From positions 1,152,001 through 1,216,000 of the forward strand of contig CAVUVW010000013.1 of NCBI GenBank assembly GCA_963745035.1: a stretch of DNA of 64,000 nucleotides. Direction: 5' to 3'. Shown here piece after piece: positions 48,222-58,021 of the stretch (positions within the stretch are counted from its first letter, which is position 1; each line of letters begins with the position of its first letter). Origin of the DNA: an uncultured delta proteobacterium. Its GTDB lineage: Bacteria; Desulfobacterota; Binatia; UBA9968. The position numbers and the translations under genes were made by a program. The notes below the pieces were generated by a model. It was not told the origin of the DNA and made no database searches. It saw only the letters and a program-made list of their open reading frames with translations.

Positions 48222-49673
48222 TTAACGGGCGGGGAGATTTGCCGATGCCTGATCGGTGGAATCCGATCCGGCCACTGTGCTGAGCAGTTGGGTGAGAATG
48301 AGCGTGTAGAGTCGGCGGTGCTCTTCCGAGGCCATGACTCCGTCGGCGGGAAGCTCGAAGTGCAGGCCCTTCGCCGCCAGCTTGAGAATGCCGTCGGCCT
48401 TTACCGGCCAGGCTCCGACTTCGAGCTCATCAAGAGGCTCGATGGCCAAATCGACGACGGCGATGTCGCGGCGCCCGACGAGCGCCTGATCGCGCAGGGA
48501 ACGGAACATGTCTTTGATCCGCTGCGCTTCTTTACTGGACAGCCCGACACTCGCCACTTCGATTCGCGTGCCGGCGTTTTGATGGATATCGACGTAGAGA
48601 TCGAGCTGGCCGCCGGCCGCTGCCAGCACGGATTTTTTGAACCGCTCGAAAGTCGTCTTGGCGCGCGCGGTCTGGATTTCGCCCCGGGTCAAAGAAACGT
48701 GCCGTTCGCTCGGCCGGTTGACGTTGATGCGCCAATCGTCACCGCTCTCCGTCGGGGTAAATCCGGTGGCAATCACCCCCGCAAGTCCCGCCCCGTGACA
48801 GATGCGCCGCACCACCCGCGCCGTGTGCACGTCGAAAGTTCCGTGCGGCGCGCCGACGACGACGCCGAGGACGCGGCGCCGCGATGGAATCGCTTCGATT
48901 TTGCCGTGGGGCAGGACGACAACTTCATACCGCGGCAGCGAAAGCGACCGCTGGGCGGCCAACTCGACGGCATCCTCGGTCCACTCCGCCAAGATCTTTC
49001 GATAGACCGGCGCGGCGTCGCCGCTCGCCACGCTAGTGGGAAGGCGTACACTGAGGCCGCGCTCGGCCGCCAACAATACGCCATGGTGCTTGGAAGCGCC
49101 GGCATCCCAGTCGATCTCGTCGAGCGGCTCGAGCGCCATGGCGATCCGCGCCACGCCGCTGTGAGCAAGGGTCACGTCGCGCCGCCGGTAAAACTTTTCT
49201 TTTAACGCTCGCAGTTGTTCAAACGACAGCCCGCTGCTGGCTACCTCGATGCGTTCTATCTCCCTTTTCGTGCCGGCGACGCGGATACCGATATAAAATC
49301 GCAGCGGCCCGTTGGCGGCGCGCTGCAGCAAGGATTTGAATTCCGGATAGATGCTGCCGCGCCGACCCAACGCGGTGCCGGTGCGGCGCACCAAGGGCTC
49401 GCTGACCGGAACACGCTTTGAGCCAAAGCCGTACGCGATCACCACGCCCGCGCCGGTTCGAGCGGCGATGCCGTCGGCGTAGCCGACCGCCGCCGGCTCG
49501 GCGAGCCCGTGCGGAACGCCGACGACAACGCCGTCTTTTTGCGATCTGCGATATTCGATGCGGCCTATGCCGCTGATGGATTGCTGCTGCTGGAGCGGCT
49601 GGAGGCTACAGCCGCTCCAGAGCATTAGAGACACCGCGAGAACCAGCCACCGGAAGGAGTTGCCGTTGGCCAT
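48222..49673 (-). CDS. Lipoprotein with internally duplicated hydrolase-like domain
   Basis: Lipobox WSGC; GVVVGVPHG/GVVVGAPHG, RIEVAS.GLS and EPLDE each occur twice. Confidence 0.7.
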   Translation of the reverse strand: MANGNSFRWLVLAVSLMLWSGCSLQPLQQQQSISGIGRIEYRRSQKDGVVVGVPHGLAEPAAVGYADGIAARTGAGVVIAYGFGSKRVPVSEPLVRRTGTALGRRGSIYPEFKSLLQRAANGPLRFYIGIRVAGTKREIERIEVASSGLSFEQLRALKEKFYRRRDVTLAHSGVARIAMALEPLDEIDWDAGASKHHGVLLAAERGLSVRLPTSVASGDAAPVYRKILAEWTEDAVELAAQRSLSLPRYEVVVLPHGKIEAIPSRRRVLGVVVGAPHGTFDVHTARVVRRICHGAGLAGVIATGFTPTESGDDWRINVNRPSERHVSLTRGEIQTARAKTTFERFKKSVLAAAGGQLDLYVDIHQNAGTRIEVASVGLSSKEAQRIKDMFRSLRDQALVGRRDIAVVDLAIEPLDELEVGAWPVKADGILKLAAKGLHFELPADGVMASEEHRRLYTLILTQLLSTVAGSDSTDQASANLPAR

Positions 49674-49767
49674 CTCTGGATGAGCGGCGTCCGCGAGGGC
49701 TGTAGCGGAGCATATAGAGCAGTAAGCTTGGAGGAACTCACGTCTCCGCCCGCCGCAGCCATGAAAC

Positions 49768-51294
49768 TTAGAACTGATATCTCCAGTTGAGGAACACATC
49801 GACCCAGTCGCCGCCCTTACCATTACGGCAACCACCGGAATTGATGTTATTCGTCGAACAGATACCGAGATCATGCGCCTCTTGGTTCAAGCCATTGCGC
49901 AAATTCGATGCATCGTACCATAGCACGCTGCCGCCGATGCTCATGCGCGGCGCGATGAAGTACCACAAATCCCATTCTCGAAGAATGACTCGAGTTCGAT
50001 GAAAATCACCGCTGTTGATGCCGGAACACAACGCCGCGGTTTCGCAGGACATATCGACCCGCTCGAAGTGAGTCCCGATCAGGATGGATCCCGTCGTAGT
50101 AGCAGAACCGGTAAGCCAGCCTTTCGGGCTCCACAAGAACAAATCGTGACCAATCAGAAAACTATGAGCGCTTTTCTTGCCTGTCGTACCACCGCGGTCC
50201 TCGCTCTGTTGGAAAGACCCCATCACGCGCGCAGTGTACGGACCGACGTTCCACACGATGCCAGGGCCGTGCGCGCGATGCAGGCCATCGCCGATGCTGT
50301 CACTGCCCGTATCGTACAGGGTTTGTCGACCACCGCCGCGTGCGTTGTCCCGGATTCGATAACGGCTGCAGCCGTTGTCGTTTGCCCGGTTATCGACGTT
50401 ACAGAACCACGAGCCGTATTCAAACAGAAGACCACGAATCCATTTGTTCTTTAACTGTGAAAATGGTTCGACGCTCAGATAGACATTGAAGTCCTTGCGG
50501 TCGGTAAAGCTCTGTATCCCGTCGTCGCCTTCGGCGATCGCGGACATGCCTAGCTGAAATCGACTGATCCTCCCGGGAATGCCGATGCTACTCAGCGGCC
50601 TGTCATCCCAGTTCAACACGACGCCGCTGCCCGCACGGCCGGTATTAAAACCGTCGTTGGCGGTGTGCAAGTCATACTCAGCCTGAGCGCCCGTGGCGCC
50701 GGAACCTTGGCGAGCGCGAGAGCCGCCATGGGCGTTTTGCACTTCCATGCCAAATTGCACCATCGGAAGCCAGGGGTGAAGCTGCTCGGCGTCAAAACGC
50801 ACGGCGCCGCGCTGCAGTATGGACCCGCCTGGATCTCCGACGGTATTCTTGGCGTTGCCGCCGCCCCAACCGTCCAAGTCGATCGCCGCTTCGAGCTCCC
50901 AGAGGCAGTTATTGATGCAGTAGAAAAACCCTGGCCGAAAGCGGCGGCCTTCCAACTCGCCCTGGCTGCGGCCTGCCTGGTCACGCCCGCTTAAGAAGTT
51001 GTAACGGAAGTGGCTTTCCAGTGTAGCGCGGAAAGACCACGACTTGTCCGCCGCTTCGATATTTATTCCATTGCCCGGGCGGTAGCTGAAACTTGGCATC
51101 GCGGCCGCAGCCGCCGTCGCCTCCTTCTTCAACTCGATCTGCGCGTTCTCTAATGTAGCGAGTTTTTCCTTTAGCGCCTTGATTTCGTCATCGACGTTTT
51201 GTGATCGCGCCGTCGATACTACCGCCAATGACAGCATCAACGCGCCGGCAAGCGCGCCCATCCTCGATGAAGCCCCCATCATGCTACCTCCCAT
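49768..51294 (-). CDS. Outer-membrane porin-like beta-barrel protein
   Basis: Signal peptide, short coiled coil, amphipathic strands, C-terminal WRYQF. Confidence 0.75.
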   Translation of the reverse strand: MGGSMMGASSRMGALAGALMLSLAVVSTARSQNVDDEIKALKEKLATLENAQIELKKEATAAAAAMPSFSYRPGNGINIEAADKSWSFRATLESHFRYNFLSGRDQAGRSQGELEGRRFRPGFFYCINNCLWELEAAIDLDGWGGGNAKNTVGDPGGSILQRGAVRFDAEQLHPWLPMVQFGMEVQNAHGGSRARQGSGATGAQAEYDLHTANDGFNTGRAGSGVVLNWDDRPLSSIGIPGRISRFQLGMSAIAEGDDGIQSFTDRKDFNVYLSVEPFSQLKNKWIRGLLFEYGSWFCNVDNRANDNGCSRYRIRDNARGGGRQTLYDTGSDSIGDGLHRAHGPGIVWNVGPYTARVMGSFQQSEDRGGTTGKKSAHSFLIGHDLFLWSPKGWLTGSATTTGSILIGTHFERVDMSCETAALCSGINSGDFHRTRVILREWDLWYFIAPRMSIGGSVLWYDASNLRNGLNQEAHDLGICSTNNINSGGCRNGKGGDWVDVFLNWRYQF

Positions 51295-51348
51295 TATTTT
51301 TTTTTGCTTCTACGACGCCGCGGTCGAAGAAAGTCACGACGGTGCCGT

Positions 51349-51364
51349 TGCAACCGACGTGCCC
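51349..51364 (-). promoter_or_regulatory. Sigma54 -24/-12 promoter for the porin-like gene
   Basis: Minus strand GGGCACGTCGGTTGCA vs consensus TGGCACG-N4-TTGCW. Confidence 0.7.
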
Positions 51365-51828
51365 GTTTCCCAGCAGGACGCGTAATGGGAATATTGCCAA
51401 GCGCTTTGAGCGTTTAGCTCAAAGCGCACATCGTGGGCGCGAGAAATTCATGTAACCATGGTGCACATGGAAAACGGCGGGATGTGTACGTTCTTCACAT
51501 TGCGCGCGTTTCAGCGCGCAGCGGCAGCAGCGCTGAGTCTACTTCGCGCGGGAAAAATCGGCGGTACGAACGACAAGCATCATCGTGCCGCCGATTGTGC
51601 AGCTCGCAAAAATTGCTCGTCGCATCTCGGTGATCGAATCGCAAGCGCCGTTGGCTCGAGGGTCTTATCGCTTAAGAAAAAAGAAATGATACGCGCGGGC
51701 TTGCGCGCGTGGATCGCAGGGCTTGCGCGCGAGCGCGCTCACGACCGCATCGCTCCATGCACCCCGTACGGCTAGGGCGCGAGCTTTGGAGCAAAAGCAG
51801 CAGCCAAATGCTTCACTGCTCTGCGCAG

Positions 51829-52191
51829 CTACACTTTCCATCCGAGCGACAGATCCACGCGCGTTCCGACCGGATCGAGCACGAACGTTTCGGCAAATCG
51901 TCCGTCTTTCGGCAATTCGGCCGTGCCGCCCGTGGCGCCCGCTGCCAGCGCGGTTTGCGCCGCGCCTTTCACGTCTTCGACTTCCATGCCGAAATGGTAG
52001 ATGCCTTCGCGGCGATTACGCGCCGGGAAGATCGCCAGATTGATATGGCCGTCGGAAAGGTAAATCGCCCGTCCATGCTCCGCGGCCTCCCCGCTCCGCG
52101 CGACTTCTTTGAGACCGAAAGAAGTTCGATAGAACTCCGCGAGCTTTTCCGTGTCCTTGGTCAGAAGGGCGATGTGTCGGATCCTTGCCAT
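51829..52191 (-). CDS. VOC/glyoxalase family protein
   Basis: IRHIAL; FY..FGL; YLSDG.INLA; HFG; DPVG. Confidence 0.88.
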   Translation of the reverse strand: MARIRHIALLTKDTEKLAEFYRTSFGLKEVARSGEAAEHGRAIYLSDGHINLAIFPARNRREGIYHFGMEVEDVKGAAQTALAAGATGGTAELPKDGRFAETFVLDPVGTRVDLSLGWKV

Positions 52192-52309
52192 GGTTTTCTC
52201 CTTTTGTTGGGCCTGTCTATAAAACAATTCATTGCTAGCGGATTACAAGCGGCCGGAGCGAGAGATTTGAGAAAGACTTCCGCCTCCGATCCAGGATAAA
52301 CCAACCTTG

Positions 52310-53287
52310 CTATTTTCGGTACAGTTTCTCGATAAGGCCGCTTTTCTCAATCTCCTTAAAAAAGCTCGCATCGACATAGTCCGCTACGGCCGAGCTTTTT
52401 ACCTTGGGATCGCTCTCTCGATCAAGCACGGCCTGAAGCGCTTTGTCGTTCGGCGCCGGCAAAATTTCCATAAGATCGATTTGCTCTTGATATAGGTAAG
52501 TCGCCTCTTCGGCGCTCAAGCCGCCGAAATATTTCTGCAGCAGCGCGATAGAACCGTTACGGTTGTTCTTGAGATAGTGAATCGCCTCGACGAACGATCG
52601 CATCAAGCGGTCGACTACGCTGCGTTTGCGCTGAATAAAGCTGCGCGTCATTGCGAAGGTTCCCGACGGCGAGAGAATTTTGAGCTCGGCCGCGCTCGCG
52701 AGCTGTCTCGCGCCCGCTTTCTCCGCGCTTAGCGCGGCGAGACCCGCGAGCGCGCCGACATCGAGTTTGCCGGCAACCATGGCGGCGGCAACTTGGGGAT
52801 GGCCGCCGAGCTGAAGGATCGTGACATCTTTGTCCGGCCGCAAACCCACCAGACCAAGCGCATTGCGCGTAAACGTGTCGGCCTCGGAGCCGTACTGCGA
52901 GACGCCGATGATGGACCCTTTCAAATCCTCCAGGCGCCGTGCTTTCGAATTTCGCCCCACCAGTAATTTTTGACTTGAGACGTTCGCCACGGCGCCGAGA
53001 ATCGCGATCTCGGCGCCGCGTGTCCGCGCGCGCGTGATCGCAGTGATACCGGCGAAGGCGAGATCCACATCGCCGGCAATCAGTGATTGAACTAATCTTG
53101 GGCTACCGGTGATCAGAAGAATTTCGGCAGTGAGATCATGCTTGGCGAGTATCCCGGCTTCTTTGGCCAGCCAGGGCACCGACATCGACACGCTTGGGCT
53201 TACATACGCGATGCGAACCTTGTCCGCAGCAAGGCCGCGGCCGTGCGCAAAAACGAAAGCTAACGCAGCGATTGACCAGAGCCTCAT
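52310..53287 (-). CDS. NMT1/SsuA-like substrate-binding protein
   Basis: Signal peptide; WLAKEAG; DLKG..IGVSQYGSE. Confidence 0.85.
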   Translation of the reverse strand: MRLWSIAALAFVFAHGRGLAADKVRIAYVSPSVSMSVPWLAKEAGILAKHDLTAEILLITGSPRLVQSLIAGDVDLAFAGITAITRARTRGAEIAILGAVANVSSQKLLVGRNSKARRLEDLKGSIIGVSQYGSEADTFTRNALGLVGLRPDKDVTILQLGGHPQVAAAMVAGKLDVGALAGLAALSAEKAGARQLASAAELKILSPSGTFAMTRSFIQRKRSVVDRLMRSFVEAIHYLKNNRNGSIALLQKYFGGLSAEEATYLYQEQIDLMEILPAPNDKALQAVLDRESDPKVKSSAVADYVDASFFKEIEKSGLIEKLYRK

Positions 53288-53601
53288 ATGTAACCGTCTC
53301 TAATTTTATGCGCGTATGAGATTCATCACGCTTCAACGACGGCTCAGTCTAACCCAGTACTCCTATACTGCTGCCTCGATACTTACTAAGATCGGTGTGG
53401 ATTGTAAAATGGGAATGGGCTATTTTTGGCTCCTTGCTGCGACAATCTCAGCCGATAGGATCGAATCGCAGCCGCCGCTGGAATCGAGACTAAAATACTT
53501 CAGCCGCAAATCTCAATCTGCCGCGTCGCGCCTTGACACCATTGTCACGTCCAAGTAAGAATCGCGGTCGAGTCTAGTTCTTTTTCTGCTCTGGGGAATT
53601 C

Positions 53602-54813
53602 ATGGAAAATTCTACGAGAAGAGGGCCCTTGTCCGGCTATCGCGTGCTCGACCTCGCCAGCCCGCTCGGCCTGCATTGCACCAAGCTTTTAGCCGACATG
53701 GGCGCGGATGTGATCAAGCTCGAGCCGCCGTCGGGCGACGAGTCGCGGCGCATCCCGCCGTTTAAAGACGACATTCCGCACCCGGAAAAGAGTCTCTATT
53801 TTCTTCATTTCAATACCAACAAGCGCGGCATCACTCTCGACGTCGAGAAGCCGGACGGTCGGGCGATCTTCCTCGAGCTTGCCCGCAAAGCAGACGTCGT
53901 CCTCGAAACCGCCAAGCCGGGAAGAATGGACGAGTTGGGAATCGGCTACACGGCGCTGCGCGGACAAAATCGCGGCCTGGTCTACGCATCGATCACACCG
54001 TTCGGTCAAACCGGTCCGTGGCGCGACTACAAAGCCAACGACATGGCCGGCATCGCGCTCGGCAACTTGCTCTACCTGGCGGGCGAGCCCGGCGAGCCGC
54101 CGCTCCAACCGCCCGGAGAAATCGCTTATGGCATGGCGTCGACCTACGGCGCATTCGGCATCGCCACGGCGCTCTACCACCGCCTCGAAAGCGGCGCAGG
54201 CCAGTACATCGACGTCTCGATGCACGAATGCGCCGGGCATATCGCGGGATATTTCATTCCGAACTACGGCTACACCGGCGCCAAACCGGCGCGTGCCTCG
54301 CGCAAAGGTGAAGAAACCGATCTTTACGATCCCTACGCGACGAAGAACGGCTACGCGCGCATCTTTATCATTCCCGTCGAACAGTGGCGGCGGCTGGTCG
54401 ATTGGATGGGGCGGCCTGCGTCGATCTCCGGACCCGAGTTCGAGAAAATGTCCTATCGCCGTCAGCATCCGGAAATCGTCGTGGGAGCGATCGCGGAGTT
54501 TTGTGCACGGCATACCAAAGAAGAACTGTACGAGGAAGGCCAGAAGCGCCGGATCGCGGTCACACCGATCAATACCACCGGCGAGTTCATCAACAGCGAA
54601 CAAGCAAAAGAGCGCGAGACTTTCGTCGACATGGAACATCCCGTAATCGGCAAGTACGCACAGTTTGGCCCTGTGCCCCGTTTCAGCGAGTCCAAGGGCG
54701 GGATATTCCGGACCGCGCCGCTGCTCGGTGAGCACAACAAAGAGATCTATTGCGGTGAGCTCGATATGAACAACGACGATCTCGCAGCTTTGCGAGCGAG
54801 CGGAGTAATCTGA
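53602..54813 (+). CDS. CaiB/BaiF family III CoA-transferase
   Basis: PLSGYRVLDL; LADMGADVIKLE; NTNKRG; ITPFGQTGP; APLLGEH. Confidence 0.93.
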   Translation: MENSTRRGPLSGYRVLDLASPLGLHCTKLLADMGADVIKLEPPSGDESRRIPPFKDDIPHPEKSLYFLHFNTNKRGITLDVEKPDGRAIFLELARKADVVLETAKPGRMDELGIGYTALRGQNRGLVYASITPFGQTGPWRDYKANDMAGIALGNLLYLAGEPGEPPLQPPGEIAYGMASTYGAFGIATALYHRLESGAGQYIDVSMHECAGHIAGYFIPNYGYTGAKPARASRKGEETDLYDPYATKNGYARIFIIPVEQWRRLVDWMGRPASISGPEFEKMSYRRQHPEIVVGAIAEFCARHTKEELYEEGQKRRIAVTPINTTGEFINSEQAKERETFVDMEHPVIGKYAQFGPVPRFSESKGGIFRTAPLLGEHNKEIYCGELDMNNDDLAALRASGVI

Positions 54814-54820
54814 AAGGAAT

Positions 54821-54898
54821 TGGAGTAATGAAGTGTTGGAGTACTGGAGTACTGGGTTTCGCCCCAACACTCCATCACTCCGATACTCCAACACCCCA
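54821..54898. repeat. Inverted 8-mer tandem arrays (TGGAGTAN/NACTCCA)
   Basis: tggagtaa tgaagtgt tggagtac tggagtac tggg-tttcg-ccccaacactccatcactccgatactccaacacccca. Confidence 0.85.
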
Positions 54899-54907
54899 TC
54901 TACACTT

Positions 54908-56119
54908 ATGAGCAAGTTTCCCCTTGAAGGAATCCGAGTCATCGAGCTCACCACCGGCGCAGCGGGTCCAACCGTGGCACGCGTGCTCTGCGAGTTCGGC
55001 GCCGAAGTGATTCGTTGCGAGACGCGGCTGCGCGGCGACGGCCACCGCGGCGAGGATCCAAAACTGTGGAACAAGAAGCCCGACTTCATGAAGCTCCAGC
55101 GCGGCAAGAAATCATTCACCGTCAATATGCAGACTGCGAAAGGGCCGCGAGCTGGTGAGAGAGCTGGTAAAGAAATCCGATGTGCTCGTCGAAAACTTCG
55201 GCCTGGGCATTTTAGAAAAGTGGGGACTCGATTGGCCGCAACTGAAAGAAATCAATCCGCAGATGATCCTCATCCGCGTCAAAGGGATGGGCTGCAGCGG
55301 CCCTCATGCCGCGGATCTAACCTATGGACCAAACGTCGGCAACACGATGGCAACGACCTACCTGTGGAATTATCCCGGCGCTAGCACCGCCACCGCCGAG
55401 CCGCGCACGCAACATCCGGACTTCATGGGCGGCGTCACCGGCGCTTTCGGCGTCGTGCTGGCGCTGATCGAGCGCAAACGGACCGGCCGCGGCCAATGGA
55501 TCGATAGCGCCCAAGTGGAAATCGGCGCATCGCTGCTCGGTCCCAAATATTTGGAATACTCTGTCAATAAGCGCGAGCCGCGGCCCGAAGGCAACCGCAG
55601 CCTGATCGCCGCGCCCTACGGCCCCTATCAGTGCAGAGGAGACGACCGCTGGTGTGTCATCGCCGTTTACAATGAAGACGAGTGGCAACGCTTCGCTGCT
55701 TTGCTGGGCAAAGCCGGTTTGAAAGCCGATGCAAAATTTGCCACGCATCTCCAGCGAGTGCGCCACAAGGAAGAGCTCGGACAGATGGGTGACGAGTTGG
55801 ACGCTGCAGCACGATCCGTACGAAGTGATGGAAACTCTCCAGGGCATCGGGGTTTGCGCGGCAGTCGTGCAGGATGTCGAAGATCAATTCAAGCGCGACA
55901 AGCAGTATGCCGCGACCGGTTTTCTCGTGAATATGACCGAGCCCGAAGCCGGTGACGTAGTCACCGAGAACGTGCCTCTGCGCATGTCCTTGACGCCGGG
56001 AAAAGTGCGCGGCCTTGCGCCTCTCATGGGCGAGCACACGTCACGAGATCGCCAGAAACCTGCTCGGCTTCAGCAACGATGAAATCAAAAAATTAGATGA
56101 GGAAAAAGTGCTCTACTAA
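54908..56119 (+). CDS. CaiB/BaiF family III CoA-transferase, about three frameshifts
   Basis: PLEGIRVIEL..FGAEVI; DVLVENF; TGRGQWID; APLMGEH; shifts near 55143, 55781, 56040. Confidence 0.85.
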
Positions 56120-56214
56120 TAATTGATAGTGGATAATTGAGAATTCAGAATGAAGGCCGCAATCGATTTCTGTCAATCCAAAATTATCCATTACCCATTT
56201 TCAATTACCCATTA
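56120..56214. repeat. Inverted AT-rich 7-mer tandem arrays (TAATTGA/TCAATTA)
   Basis: taattga tagtgga taattga gaattca gaatgaa ... aattatccattacccattttcaattacccatta. Confidence 0.75.
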
Positions 56215-56229
56215 CTAAGAGGAGGAACC

Positions 56230-57069
56230 ATGTCAGAACCGCAACCGCTGTGCATCTACGAGAAGCGCGATCCGCATATCGCGATCATTCGCCTCAACCG
56301 CCCGGAGAAAAAGAACGCCATCAGCCGCGATCTCTATTGGGCGCTCGACGAATCCTGGCAGAAGGCCAAAGCCGACGATGACGTCTGGTCGATCATTTTG
56401 ACTGGGACGGCCGATGCGTTCTGCGTCGGCGGCGATCTGAAAGAGAATCTCGCCTTCGCCAAAGGTGAAATGAAGGGACCGCGTTCCGGCCCGCGCGGCT
56501 ATTCGAGCTTGCGTCCACTGCAGATGCACAAGCCGATTATCGCCGCGATCAACGGCTACGCAGTCGGCGGCGGCTTCAGCCTGGCGCTCTCCTGCCACAT
56601 CCGCTACTGCGTGCCCGCCTCGAAGTTTGGTTGCTCCGAAGTGCGCTGGTCGCACATGGCGGCGTGGCCGAGCTACGTGTGCCAGCTCCCGACCGGCTGG
56701 GCCTACTGGTTCGCGCTCAGCGGCCAAATGATCGACGCGGACACCGCCTTTCGTCTGGGCCTGGTGCAAAAAATCTGCGAGCCGGAAAAACTCATCGACG
56801 ACTGCGTCGAGCTCGCCACCACGATTAACCGCAACGGTCGGCTGATCGCCGCGCACACCGTGGAATACATCGAGGACAAGCTGCTCTACGAGATTCAGGG
56901 ATGGGAAAAAGGCTTCGAGGTGCACCGGGAATTTTACGCCCACCTGCGCCAGAGCAAGGACTACGACGAAGGCTCCGCCGCGTTCTCGCAAAGACGCAAG
57001 CCGGACTTCTCGCAAGAGTATTACGACGAGAAGACCCGGCCGGAGGGAGTGCCCAATCCGACCAAATAA
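56230..57069 (+). CDS. Enoyl-CoA hydratase/isomerase family protein
   Basis: LNRPEKKNA; AFCVGGDLK; KPIIAAINGYAVGGG; GGAGG RBS. Confidence 0.92.
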   Translation: MSEPQPLCIYEKRDPHIAIIRLNRPEKKNAISRDLYWALDESWQKAKADDDVWSIILTGTADAFCVGGDLKENLAFAKGEMKGPRSGPRGYSSLRPLQMHKPIIAAINGYAVGGGFSLALSCHIRYCVPASKFGCSEVRWSHMAAWPSYVCQLPTGWAYWFALSGQMIDADTAFRLGLVQKICEPEKLIDDCVELATTINRNGRLIAAHTVEYIEDKLLYEIQGWEKGFEVHREFYAHLRQSKDYDEGSAAFSQRRKPDFSQEYYDEKTRPEGVPNPTK

Positions 57070-57252
57070 ATTCCGCTGCGTCTCCGCCTGACGAGGCTCG
57101 AACGATTTGACCGTTGCCGACGGTTTGGATCGTTCGAGCCGATCTCATCTCGTCCATTACTCATCCCAATCAGCATCAGGCAAAGCCAAAGCGCCTCGGA
57201 CGACCGCTCGCTCGCCAGGCAGTTTTGCTTCCCGTTCTTGCGCTTCTTAAGA

Positions 57253-57293
57253 TTGACCGCGGGCCACCCCTAAGTGTACACTTAAAGTGTACA
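57253..57293 (+). promoter_or_regulatory. TA operon promoter with overlapping TGTACA palindromic operators
   Basis: TTGACC-18-TACACT; perfect palindrome TAAGTGTACACTTA at 57271-57284 plus a second TGTACA. Confidence 0.7.
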
Positions 57294-57306
57294 GGAGGAT
57301 ATCGCC

Positions 57307-57606
57307 ATGGCAAAGGAAAAAATCTTGACGTTCGTGCAGACTCGGTCGAAGCTCAGCGAAATCGTCGATCGCGTGGCGGAAAGTGGGGATACTTACGTCG
57401 TGTCAAAACGGCAAAAACCCGTCGCGGTCATTATTGGCATCGAGAAATACCGGGAACTCTCCGGCACCTCGAAATACCTAAAGACTGTCGGCGGGAAAAG
57501 AATCATAAACCTTGAAGGAATCGCCACCGCCGTTGGCGACATCGATGAAGCGATACGCGAGCTGCGCAAGTCACGGATCGAAGCGGTCATTAAGAAGTTC
57601 TCATGA
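57307..57606 (+). CDS. Phd/YefM family antitoxin
   Basis: TRSKLSEIVDRV..YVVSKRQKPVAVII. Confidence 0.85.
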   Translation: MAKEKILTFVQTRSKLSEIVDRVAESGDTYVVSKRQKPVAVIIGIEKYRELSGTSKYLKTVGGKRIINLEGIATAVGDIDEAIRELRKSRIEAVIKKFS

Positions 57607-58005
57607 CGTTCGTGACAGATACCCATCCCTTTGTTCATCATGTCACGGGCCGAAGGGATCGCCTGGGCCGCAGAGCGCGTTAAGATTTTTGACGGGGTAA
57701 AACGTGGGCGGGAGACGATGGTAGTGCCATTTACCGTGCTCGAAGAAGTAATGCTCCTTTCGGAGATCGGCAAGATTCGCCTTCCCCTACCATTCCGCGA
57801 CTTTGTGGTCTCGATGCGACAGGCGGAAAATTTCGATTTGGGCGTCAACGATACTGATCTGCTTCTCGAAGCTGCGGCATTTACAACTATCAAAGATCCC
57901 TACGATCGTTTAATCATCGCCCAAGCCAGAGTCGCGGGTTTGCCGCTCGTTACCGGCGATGAAAAGATCCAGGAGTCCGGTCTTGTTCGCACCGTCTGGG
58001 ATTAG
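57603..58005 (+). CDS. vapC: PIN-domain (VapC) toxin, frameshift near 57680
   Basis: MTFVTDTH; VLEE; DPYDRLIIAQA; LVTGD; ATGA overlap with antitoxin. Confidence 0.82.
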
Positions 58006-58021
58006 GAGCCGACCCGTCTTC

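Noticed and set aside
54908-56119. Programmed frameshifting in the second CoA-transferase
   Set aside because: Three separate shifts with no slippery-site or stimulator pattern fit sequencing error better.
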